Of a stretch of DNA of 64,000 nucleotides, positions 25,641 to 37,739 are shown in pieces (positions within the stretch are counted from its first letter, which is position 1; every line of letters starts with the position of its first letter). The position numbers were made by a program, and so were the translations under genes. The notes beneath the pieces were generated by a model. The model saw only the letters and a program-made list of their open reading frames with translations, made no database searches and was not told where the DNA came from. Source of the DNA: Octopus sinensis (lineage: Eukaryota); the NCBI RefSeq assembly GCF_006345805.1, contig NC_043002.1:9858001-9922000 (forward strand), read 5' to 3'.

Positions 25641-26096
25641 ACTAATCCATTCTTGTTGCTTCTTTCTCGTATATATATATATATATGTATATGTATGAAT
25701 ATATATTTTGAACCTTTTATCGGGAATTTTTGTTATGTTAGTAGACATTAGTATAGTATGTATGATCTGTTGAAGATTATCGTTAAAGCAAGAATAATGT
25801 TGTTACTGATAAACATAGTAGTGTATATACATTATAATGTATTTACATAACTATACGACGCATGGTATATCCAATGTAATATATTGTTCAATGGTGTCCA
25901 TTAATATATTTTGCGCATGTGAATAGTATGTACGCTTTACTTATGTATGTATATATGTATTTTTTTATATGAATGTATATATATATATATGTATGTATTT
26001 TGGGATATTTGTTTATTGTTTATTTGTATATATTAAGTAATAAGTGCAGCATGTTTAGTATATTGATATCATTATTATATTCTTAAAGTTAATTAT

Positions 26097-26233
26097 ATCC
26101 TCTGACGAGGCCTATGGTTCTTTTAACATATAAGTATTATATTTTTTAAATGCCTACAACCCTAATATATTGACATCTATAGGCAATGTAAATTGGATTC
26201 ACTTTTGACCATAGGCTGAAACAGCTGTAAGAT
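26097..26233 (+). ncRNA. Type I hammerhead motif (AGCT family) with a ~90-nt stem II insert
   Basis: CTGACGA-ggcctatggt ... accataggct-GAAAC-AGCT-GTA-agat. Confidence 0.75.
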
Positions 26234-26445
26234 GTAGTTTTTGGATTTCAATAATTTATAATATGACTTTTGAAATCTGTATTTGTATTATTATATTACC
26301 TATTGAGTTATATAATATTTTTTATGCTTTTGATGTTCTCATTTGTAAAATGAATATATAATCTAACATTATAATATCCGTAAGTTGATGAACAAACCAA
26401 ATTTGTTCTCCATTTTCTTATTTGTATTATGTACACACACACACA

Positions 26446-26502
<57 letters not shown>

Positions 26503-26751
26503 TATATATATATGTATATATATATATATATGTATGTATGTATGTATGTATACATATACAGAGAGAGGGAAAAGGTGAGAGAAAGAGGGAGCATCATCAC
26601 ATGAAATCAAGCGATTCTAAATATATATAACACATAGTAATGCACAAGGGATTGGATGTTACACTCTGAAAACTCTACCGAGTATCAAGTCCGCGTGGTA
26701 AAGAGTGGCTATCAGAGGAATTCAGGTGAGCTTACATGTATGTATGTATAT

Positions 26752-27158
26752 ACTCTTTTTTACTCTTTTACTCTTTTACTTGTTTCCGTCATTTGACTGT
26801 GGCCATGCTGGAGCAGCGCTTTTAGTGGAGCAAATTGACCCCAAGACTTATACTTTGGAAGCCTACTATTTATATTATCGGACACTTTTGCCGAAACGCT
26901 AAGTTATGGGGACGTAAACACACCAGCATCGGTTGTCAAGCGATGTTGGGGGGACAAACACAGACACACAAGCATACACACACATACATATACGTACGAA
27001 GACTTCTTTCAGTTTGCGTCTACCAAATCCACTCACAAGGCTTTGGTCGGCTGAGGCTACAGTAAAAGTCACTCGCCCAAAGTACCACGCAGTGGGACTG
27101 AACCCGGAACCATGTGGTTGGTAAGCAAGCTATTTATCACACAGCCACTCCTACGCCT
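26752..27158 (-). mobile_element. SINE family C
   Basis: Diverged full copy. Confidence 0.85.
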
Positions 27159-27649
27159 CTTAAGATTGTTTGTTTGTTTGTTTACAATTAGCTATTTCAT
27201 CTTTAATCTTTTAATATTTTTATAAGTAATAATGAATAATTAATTTATTAGGTCTTTATTATACGTGCATATATATTTATTGATAGAGATAATTTTAGTT
27301 CTTAATTTTTATATTTATATACATTTATATATTTTCATTGATAATTTAGTTATTATTCAAATATTATATATTATTTGACTTGAAATTATATTTAATAATA
27401 TGAATAGTCATTTTTTTTTTGTAAAATATTTACGTAATTAGATATTGACTTTAACTGAGATTAGATTATTTGTGGGTTTCTTACCTTAAAAATTAATATT
27501 TAACATTATAATCGATTGTATGACTTAATCATAATCGTTAAAGTTTCTAGTTTGATAATAGGGTTTTTTATAAGAAAAATTATTATTTCATTTATTTCTT
27601 AAAAAATATTGTTTAAATATTTTTGATTATTTATTTAAATATTATCATT

Positions 27650-27746
27650 AACCTGAAGATTGACTATAACCATAATTCGAATTATTAATTGAATTTAAAT
27701 TATTGTTATTCGAATTAGGTTATGGGCATGAAACGATCGTAGTGGT
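27650..27746 (+). ncRNA. Type I hammerhead motif (GATC family)
   Basis: CTGAAGA; stem II ataacc.taattcgaat / attcgaatta.ggttat; GAAAC-GATC-GTA; stem I is weak. Confidence 0.65.
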
Positions 27747-27810
27747 TTTACTCTTTATCTTATATTAAACTTTTTAATACTTTTTGATAGTTATATTTAT
27801 ATATATATAA

Positions 27811-30308
27811 CGAGACAGAATAAAACGATCTTGGATCTGGTATTGACCAATCACTCTAGCTACGTTCACAGCATTTCAGTCGAAAAAACTCTTCTCTCAG
27901 ACCACGACATGGTACTCTGCAATCTTAATTCCCGACATATAAAAACCAAACCAGCCAATCCCACTCCATGGCACCCATTTGACAACATAAACTTCCACAA
28001 AGCGGACTGGGGAACAATCAGAAAGGATCTGTCTTCCATCGACTGGTCTTTTACTCTCAATTCCTCTCATATTGAGACCGCGTGGCAGCACTTTGAAAAT
28101 ATTGTCACCTATACATGCTCTAAACACGCTCCCAAGAAATCTACTAACATAAACAGAAACCGGCTCCCTAAAAAGAAAAAAACACTCATCAGGCGCATCA
28201 AAAGACTCAACAAAAAAATCAACCAATTAAAATATTCCCACACACAACATCCACATTCAACAACAATGAAAAGACTAGAGCTGGAAAAACTTCATCTGCA
28301 GGCTAACATGAAAACCTCCATTGAAAATCAAAGAGCTGTGTAGGAACAATGGGTAATCAAAAACATCAAACAGAACCCAAAAGTGTTCTATTCTTATGCA
28401 AATAAGCATAGAACCACTGTCTCACCCACTGGGCCATTGATTGATGATAACGGCATTCCCCAACACGATGCTAAAGAAATGGCAGAAATACTGCAGAAAC
28501 AATACTGCTCTGTCTTTAGTGTTCCCACTGATATTGACGTAAGGGAAACGAACGAAGTTGACTCCCAACACAAAATCTCAGACATAACCTTCACTGCCAC
28601 CGACATCGTAGCAGCAATAAATGAGGTCAAACATTACTCTGCTGTAGGCCCTGATAGATTTCCCGCTAGTCTCCTGAAGGAATGTAGATATCAACTTGCA
28701 ATCCCTCTTACCAACCTCTGGAGAAATTCGTTAGACGCAGGTTATATACCGAAACAGTTTCTATCCCAGTCGGTCATCCCGGTTTTCAAACAAGGAAACA
28801 GATCCCTCGCAGTCAACTATCGCCCAATCTCACTCACCTCCCACATCATTAAAGTGTTTGAAAGAGTGTTAAGATCAAGGATAGCTGACTTCCTGGAGAC
28901 CCACAAACTCCTAAATTCAAATCAGCATGGCTTTCGCTGTGGCAGGGACTGTCTAACACAGCTCTTATACCACATTGAAGATGTACTCAAAGCCTTGGGA
29001 ACAGGTTCGAACTCTGACGTCATATATCTTGACTTCAGTAAAGCGTTCGACAGGGTAGACCATAACATCCTACTCTCAAAATTAGCAAATGTTGGAATCC
29101 GTGGAAAAGTTCTACACTGGATTAAGTATTTCCTGGCGAATAGAACACAACATGTTGTAGTTGATGGAGTCCACTCAAACCCAGCAAAAGTCACCAGCGG
29201 TGTTCGCCAGGGAACTGTTTTGGGTCCGCTACTCTTCATAATTTACGTAAACGACCTTTCCAGTGTCGTACATTACTGCAAAGTGAAAATATTCGCTGAT
29301 GACACTAAGCTCCAGCAAATCGTCAATGAAGAAGCAGACCGAACTCAACTCCAGTCTGATCTATATGCTGTGAGTCAATGGGCAGACAGAAACAAAATGC
29401 AACTGAATGAGGGAAAATTTGAGCTGATGCATTTTGGAAGAAATTCCTCACTAAAACAACCATACTCTCTTCCTTCATGGGAACCGCTCACAGCCTCTAA
29501 CAATATCAGAGGCCTGGGTGTAATTGTTGATGACGATCTCAGTTAGAATGCACACATCAACAAGAAGGTCAATATAGCTCGTAGGATGAGTTCCTGGATC
29601 TTAAGAACTTTCCGGTCCAGAGAACAAGGTGTCATCATACCACTTTTTTCCTCCTTTGTACGGCCACACCTTGAATACTGCTGCCCACTGTGGTCTCCTC
29701 ACACAAGACAAAACATCTCCAGAATTGAGTCACCCCAGAGGGCTCTCACTAAACAAAGTGAAGGCATGGCTGCTCTCGATTATTGGGATCGCCTTAAAGC
29801 CTTGAAACTTTACTCCCTCCAGCGTCTCCGTGAGCGGTACATCATTTGTACGATGTGGAAAATATACCGCCAACTTTGCCCAAACGACCTAAACATTAGC
29901 TTCAAGGTTCATCCAAGACTTGGACCACGGGCTATACGTCCCCTGCCCAATTCAAGATCACAACATACATGTACACTGCAACATAATTTCTTTTCCTCAA
30001 CAGGCCCTGCCCTATTTAACATTGTCCCGAGGGAGATCAAAGAGGAAAGGATCCCATCAACTTTAAACAGAGTCTGGACAGATTCCTTCAAAGAATACCA
30101 GATAAGCCACCCATAATTGGATACAACTCACCCAACAAGAACTCACTACTTGAACAAAACTGGATACAACTCACCCAACAAGAACTCACTACTTGAACAA
30201 AACTTGACTTAAACAGGATTCGAATAATCCTATCAGGTGGTGCTATTAAGTTAGACATGGCCTGGACCAATCTTTGGTCGAAACATATCTAAGTTTATCT
30301 AAGTTTAT
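27811..30308 (+). pseudogene. 5'-truncated CR1-group LINE ORF2 (end of APE domain plus RT) with two in-frame TAG stops
   Basis: ORFs 27831, 28383 and 29586 share one frame; LDLVLTN, SDHDMV, YRPISLTS, YLDFSKAFDRV, QGTVLGP, FADDTK, HLEYC; aagtttatct tandem tail. Confidence 0.92.
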
Positions 30309-30542
30309 ATAAAAAAGAAATAACAATAATATATATATATATATATATATAAATTTATAAAGTATAAATTAATAATTCAAATAATTTTTAAAATTTTAAC
30401 TTTAAATTTAAATAATTTAAATTTTGAATTTTATATCTTATATATTGTGTATATTATATTAATTAATTTTATTTCTATGTATTGGTTTATGTTTTTCACT
30501 GTTTGATTTGCCTAATAGTGGTTTTATCTCTAATTTAATATA

Positions 30543-30578
<36 letters not shown>

Positions 30579-30768
30579 TCAATTTGAAAACTCCACTAGA
30601 ATGGACGAAAGCCCTAATATATGATATATGTTATATGATGTATAAAAACATGTAATATACAAATAAATATCTGTAAATATAAAACCATCCGAATTTCCGA
30701 GTACCTCATTTCTTCTAGTATAAAATACCTGTACATTATCTCCAAACCTTCTAATATATCTATGTATT

Positions 30769-30951
30769 TACACACACACACACACCACACACACACACAC
30801 ACACACAACACACACACACACACGCACGCACGCACGCACGCACGCGCACGCACGCACGCACACACACACACACACGCACGCACGCACGCACACACACACA
30901 CACACACACACACAACACACACACACACACACCACACACCACACACACACA

Positions 30952-30995
<44 letters not shown>

Positions 30996-32729
30996 TCACT
31001 CACTCACTCACTCACTCACTCACTCACTCACTCACTCACTCACTCACCACTCACTCACTCACTCACTCACTCACTCACTCACTCACTCACTCACACTCAC
31101 TCACTCACTCACTCACTCACTCACTCACTCACTCACTCACTCACTCACTCACTCACTCACTCACTCACTCACATCACTCACTCACTCACCACTCACTCAC
31201 TCACTCACTCACTCACTCACTCACTCACTCACTCACCACTCACTCACTCACTCACTCACTCACTCACTCACTCACTTCACTCACTCACTCACTCACTCAC
31301 TCACTCACTCACTCACACTCACTCACTCACTCACTCACTCACTCACTCACTCACTCACTCACTCACTCACTCACTCACTCATCACTCACTCACTCACTCA
31401 CTCACTCACTCACTCACTCACTCACTCACTCACTCACTCACTCACTCACTCCTCACTCACTCACTCACTCACTCACTCACACACTCACTCACTCACTCAC
31501 TCACTCACTCATTCAATCACTCACTCACTCACTCCTCACTCACTCACTCACTCACTCACTCACTCACTCACTCACTCACTCACACTCTCACTCACTCACT
31601 CACTCACTCACTCACTCACTCACTCACTCACTCACTCACTCACTCACTCACTCACTCACTCACTCACTCACTCACTCACTCACTCACTCACTCACTCACA
31701 CTCACTCACTCACTCACTCACTCACTCACTCACTCCTCACTCACTCACTCACTCACTCACTCACTCCACTCACTCACTCACTCACTCACCTCACTCACTC
31801 ACTCACTCACTCACTCACTCACTCACTCACTCACTCACTCACTCACTCACTCACTCACTCACTCACTCACTCACTCACCACTCACTCACTCACTCACTCA
31901 CTCACTCACTCACTCACTCACTCACTCACCACTCACTCACTCACTCACTCACTCACCACTCACTCACTCACTCACTCACTCACTCCACTCACTCACTCAC
32001 TCACTCACTCACTCACTCACTCACTCACTCACTCACTCACACTCACTCACTCACTCACTCACTCACTCACTCACTCACTCACTCACTCACTCACTCACTC
32101 ACTCACTCACTCCTCACTCACTCACTCACTCACTCACTCACTCACCACTCACTCACTCACTCACTCACTCACTCACTCACTCACTCACTCACTCACTCCT
32201 CACTCACTCACCTCACTCACTCACTCACTCACTCACTCACTCACTCACTCATCACTCACTCACTCACTCACTCACTCACTCACTCACTCACTCACTCACT
32301 CACCTCACTCACTCACTCACTCACTCACTCACTCACTCACTCACTCACCTCACTCACTCACTCACTCACTCACTCACTCACTCACTCACTCACTCACTCA
32401 CTCACTCACTCACTCACTCACTCACTCACTCACTCACTCACTCACTCACTCACTCACTCACTCACTCACTCACTCACTCACTCACTCACTCACTCACTCA
32501 CCCACTCACTCACTCACTCACTCACTCACTCACACTCACTCACTCACTCCACTCACTCACTCACCCACTCACCCACTCACCCACTCACTCACTCACTCAC
32601 TCACTCACTCACTCACTCACTCACTCACTCACTCACTCACTCACTCACTCACTCACTCACTCACTCACTCACTCACTCACTCACTCACTCACTCACTCAC
32701 TCACTCACTCACTCTCTCTCTCTCTCTCT
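30769..32729. repeat. Compound microsatellite: (CA)n, ~1.7 kb (CACT)n, (CT)n
   Basis: Read directly from the sequence. Confidence 0.97.
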
Positions 32730-33143
32730 TGTGATAATGGAAGTCAATTATCGCTAGATGTAACACTAACTAAAGGCACAAACAAATGAATGATCAAATA
32801 GAAAAATGAATTTGTGTTCAGGCAATTTCGGAATGTATGATTATTCAGTATTTATATATCTTAGTGGAAACTTACCGTTGCCATCTGCTTCCTTAGAAAC
32901 TGTTACTTTTATCAAAAACAACAGGCAAATAGGAAATAGTCGTATCATATTGACCTGAAAGTACAGATGGAATTGGGATAAAATCGAAATGGTAAGTGAT
33001 TTCTAATTCACAGAAGATGGGGAACAACACATGTACAGATGTGTGTTTATATTCTGTGTGTGTGCGCGCGCGCGCATGTGTGCGTGTGTGTGCGTATGCG
33101 TGTGTGTACATAATTACATTATTGTTTCTGCATATATATATAA

Positions 33144-33307
33144 TAGGCGCAGGAGTGGCTGTGTGGTAAGTAGCTTGCTTACCAACCACATGGTCCCGGG
33201 TTCAGTCCCATTGCGTGGCACCTTGGGCAAGTGTCTTCTACTATAGCCTCGGGCCGACCAAAGCCTTGTGAGTGGATTTGGTGGACGGAAACTGAAAGAA
33301 GCCCGTC

Positions 33308-33360
<53 letters not shown>

Positions 33361-33580
33361 ATATATGTGTATGTATGTTTGTGTGTCTGTGTTTGTTCCT
33401 CTAGCATTGCTTGACAACCGATGCTGGTGTGTTTACGTCACCGTCACTTAACGGTTCGGCAAAAGAGGGCGATAGAATAAGTACTGGGCTTACAAAGAAT
33501 AAGTGCCAGGGCCGATTTGGTCGACTAAAGGCGGTGCTCCAGCATGGCCGCAGTCAAATGACTGAAACAAGTAAAAAGAG
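33144..33580 (+). mobile_element. SINE family C
   Basis: Full copy. Confidence 0.85.
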
Positions 33581-33660
33581 TATATGTATATATATATTCG
33601 CCATGATAGATCGTTAGCCACTACACACATTTTTTTCTCTCCTTGTTTTTTTCTATGTCC

Positions 33661-33696
33661 CTTTCTGTAGAAGAGCGTAGGCTCGAAACGTAAAAG
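33661..33696 (+). ncRNA. Minimal hammerhead-like motif with a variant core
   Basis: cttt-CTGTAGAA-gagc gtag gctc-GAAAC-GTA-aaag; second copy at 53306. Confidence 0.45.
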
Positions 33697-34164
33697 ACTT
33701 TTAATTTCATGTTAACAAACGCAGGAAAATATCCTAATATATGTATGTATCTATAAACCCATGCATGTGTATAGGTATATGAGTATAAGTGTGTATGTGC
33801 GTGTGTTGGCGTACATTTTAGCAAGCAATCAAGCAATTAAATAACTACGTCTGTTTCGATATATTTACAAATGTATTTCGTTATTTAATATTGCGCTACT
33901 TCCCTTCTTCAATTGTGAGAATAACCGGCACCGTAAGACTCAGGGTTGTAATCCAAGAACACGTAGAATTTAAGATTATATACAAACTTTGCCCCATAAT
34001 AGGTTAAATTCCACCCATCTCTATAGGCACACAGGCATACAAGAACATATACGCCCACCCAGAGTTATTTAAACATATTTACACGCACACACACTGCACA
34101 TGCACACACGTACACACGCACGCACACACACACACACACATATACATATATATACATATATATA

Positions 34165-34192
34165 CTAGCAGTTTAGCCCGGTGTTGCCCGGG
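34165..34192 (-). mobile_element. Helitron 3' terminus
   Basis: Minus strand cccgg-gcaaca-ccggg-ctaaactg-CTAG|T. Confidence 0.7.
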
Positions 34193-34827
34193 ATTAAGTT
34201 AGGATTATTAAGCTTATCAAGCGCTTTGTTGCTCACATAGCTTATCTCTTATCTCTTAGTATATGGACTTTTATTACGCTTTATTCCGGGGAATTATATC
34301 ATGAATAAGTTGTTGTAATATGTATGTATATTTTCATTATGATGAAAAGAAAAATTTCATATAAGTATTTGTGTATATTTGTACGAGGTATATATATACA
34401 TGTGCATGTATTTGTTGCCCACACGCATGTACATATGTGTATGCGAAATAATAATGTAATAACTCTATATTAACTGTATGATATATGAATATATTGACTG
34501 TGATTTTAAAATTAATAAGATTACATCTTTCATAAATATCTGTTTATATTATGTTATAGTATATTCTATATCTGAATTTCTTACACTATGTATTGTGAAG
34601 TGAAGAATACAGAGAACCCAATACTACTACTACTACTACTACTACTAATAATAATAATAACAATAATAATAATAATAATATTAATAATAATTGAATATTA
34701 TATGTGTACTCATGGATATGGATGTATATGTACGCTCTAGTAAATATAATAAATTGTCTATATGCTTGTATGTATGTATAATTATGTCTATTTATATATT
34801 TATGTACACATATATGTGTATATATGT

Positions 34828-34871
<44 letters not shown>

Positions 34872-34923
34872 TTGTGCGTGTATCTTGTTTCATATATATT
34901 AATATTTTTTATTTTTCTTTATA

Positions 34924-35189
34924 AATCTCTGACGGGGCCTAGAAACTGCTCTAGAAACTAAATCTGTAGGTTTTTACTCTACTCTAAACGCTTTTCAACG
35001 GTTGCTTTGAAAATAGTGGTTTTCGGATTGCAGCCCACCCGTGAAATCCAGCTTTGCGCATCTCCCGGCGAACAGTTTTTGTGGAAACTGGGTAACTCAT
35101 TTTCAACTGCCTACCACCTCAATACACTTGACTTATATAGATACAATGAGTCACTATTATCCATAGGCTGAAACAGCTGTAAGTGATTT
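34924..35189 (+). ncRNA. Hammerhead motif (AGCT family, A9>G) disrupted by an inverted Tc1 fragment
   Basis: CTGACGG-ggccta ... taggct-GAAAC-AGCT-GTA; the downstream flank resembles 26240-26420. Confidence 0.6.
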
Positions 35190-35376
35190 TAATAATTTAT
35201 ATTCATGTTTTTTAATAACTACTTGTTTTATTATCTTATATGTATTGAATAATATACTATATGTATGTATGTATGTTATTATGGTTGTCGTTTTGATAAA
35301 TAAATAAATCAACATTTTAATGTCCTAAAACTGATGAACCAACCAACTAATGTGCTTCTCCATTTTCTTATTTGTA

Positions 35377-35407
<31 letters not shown>

Positions 35408-35463
35408 TGTATAGATAGATAGATAAATAGATAGATAGATACATGCATACATATATATATATA

Positions 35464-36738
35464 CAGGAGTTGGACAAAACGACAAAATAATGGAAACACC
35501 CAGCATCATAGCATCATAATTTTGAAGTATCTATAAAACCGTCAAAAGATTGTTTATTTTTATGTTTTTTTTATTTATTTATTAATAGTGTTGCTTAATA
35601 TGTTTTGCCAAAGTTGCTGTTTCTTTTCAGATATCTTCAGAAAAAGGTAATTAAAATTCATTAAAATGACCGATCTATAGGACTTTCAAAGAGGTCAAAT
35701 TGTTGATGCTCGTATGGCAGGCGCTAGCGTAACGAAAAACAGCCGAAACGTTTGGTGTATCAAGAAGTACTGTCTCGAAAGTAATGACAGCCTTTGATAA
35801 AGAGGGAAAATGATCCTTGTGGAAACAAAACTCTGGAAGAAAACCAAAACTTTCAAGTACGGACCGTCGGTTTCTTACGCGAATTGTCATAAAGGATCAG
35901 AAAATTATAGCTCCCCAAATTACTGCAAAGCTTAATGGTCACCCGAGAACCCAGATTTCACAAAAACTGTTCACCGGGAGCTGCGCAAAGCTGGATTTCA
36001 CGGGTGGGCTGCAATCCGAAAACCACTACTATCAAAACAAACGTTGAAAAGCGTTTAGAGTAGAGTAAAAACCTACGGAATTAGTTTCTAGAGCCGTGGG
36101 AAAATATCATTTTTCAGATCAGTCATCCTCTATGTTATTTCCAGCCACCGGCCGAGTATACGTGTGGAGACAGCCAAAAGAAGCATTTGACCCAGACTGC
36201 CTTCTTCTAACTGTTAAACATAGAGGAGGATCTGTGTTGATCTGCTGGTCTAAATCCGCCGGCCCAGTGGTTTCCCTTAATGGTAGAATTAATAGTCAAG
36301 GCTATTTAAGTATTTTATCTGATCAAATTCATCCTATTTTTGCAGAACCGTTTCTAGATGGAAACGCAATCTTGTAGGATGATAATGTATCAATTTGCAC
36401 AGCTCAAGTTGCTACTGAATGGCGCGAGGAACATTTTAGGGAAGCTGAACATCTTATCTGGCCACCACAGTCCCCAGATCTCAAAATTATTGAACATTTC
36501 TGATGCATTTCAGAAAAACAAGTAAGGAGTCGATATCTTCCACCATAATCACTACAAGATCTGGAGACTGTTTTAGCTTAAGAATGGACAAAAATTCCTT
36601 TGGAAATAATTCAAACTTTGTATGAGTCCATACCTCGTAGAATTCAAGCTGTAAATACTGCCAAATGCGATCCTACACCATATTAAAATTAATTTGTTTG
36701 AAATTTTAAGGTGTTTATATTATTTTGCCCAATTCCTG
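35464..36738 (+). mobile_element. Full-length decayed Tc1 element
   Basis: TIRs caggagttggacaaaa..ggaaacacc / ggtgttt..ttttgcccaattcctg with TA TSD; FQRGQIV and FGVSRSTVS HTH; frameshifted DDE domain. Confidence 0.9.
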
Positions 36739-37274
36739 TATACATAATTGTTAAAGAGGACAACAAGCGTTAAGGCCAGGCAAACATCTCAAATCATTCA
36801 TATTATTATAGGAAAAGAAATTGAAACTCTTACAGCTGTTTCTGGGATATCCTAGAGTATGATATTTTCCTTTATCGGAAACAAATAGGGAAAACGAAAA
36901 GAGTATAGATTAATGAAATGACGGCATACATGACAGGAATAAAAGAATAAGGAGATGAAGAAAGAGGAGAAAATAGAATTATAAAAGTTCATAGTTCAAC
37001 TTTCCGATCTTGTAGAATTAGGTCCATAAGTCGTTAGGGGCAATCCTGCGCAAACCCATGTGTGTTAAAGTCCTGATAGTGTAAATATCCAGAAAAAAGA
37101 GGCGAACATATCAACGCTCAACAACAGAATGGTAGCCGAGGTGGCTATTAAGTTGTAAAAAGAGAATTAAATAAATAGAAAGAGAGGTAAAATAAATGGA
37201 GTTTGAGGAAAAGTTAAGGATTGGCATTAAGGGTAAAGCAATGTATATAAAAAAATATTCTTTTCCCACTTAAT

Positions 37275-37570
37275 AGCGACCAAGGCTGCGATTTAAGGAC
37301 TGGGTCAAATCGTCATTAAAGACCTGTGGCATGCAGGAGACTGACTGGGAGAACAATGCCTGGCATCGCCACAGATTGAGGAAGCAGGTTAAGGAGGGGA
37401 TCGGCACCTTTGAGAGTGCACGTATTGTGCATGAAGAATTTGGGCGTACTGATCGAAAGTGCACTCCTGGTATAGTGAATGGAGAAAGCTTGGTCTGCAA
37501 TGTTTGCAGTCGTGTATGCTTGTCAAGAGCAGGGCTCATCAGCCACCAACGGAGCCACAAATGCAAAATA
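37275..37570 (+). pseudogene. RTE-clade LINE 3' end with a C2H2 finger
   Basis: RPRLRFKDWVK ... WENNAW ... CNVCSRVCLSRAGLISHQRSH. Confidence 0.75.
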
Positions 37571-37739
37571 TTCGTTAGTCCTAAAGCATATATATATATA
37601 CATATGTATATAAAATCGTCTACAGTGATTATTGAGTTAAAGTACCGTACTTATTCTATCATTCTCTTTAATCGAACTGCCAAGTTACGAAGACATAAAA
37701 AATCCGTAATCGATTGTCAAGCCGTGGGATGACGATCAC

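Larger units (their letters stand above)
24420..25670. mobile_element. Penelope-like inverted structure: ~330-bp arms each with an HHR
   Basis: 24433-24760 is the reverse complement of 25338-25670; the spacer includes a purine-rich tract. Confidence 0.7.

Noticed and set aside
30762-32789. 675-aa His/Ser/Leu/Thr ORF
   Set aside because: It is the translation of a stop-free (CA)n/(CACT)n microsatellite.
36826-36882. Hammerhead on the minus strand (GAAAC-AGCT-GTA present)
   Set aside because: The first core box reads CCGATAA; kept only as a probable dead relic and not listed as a feature.
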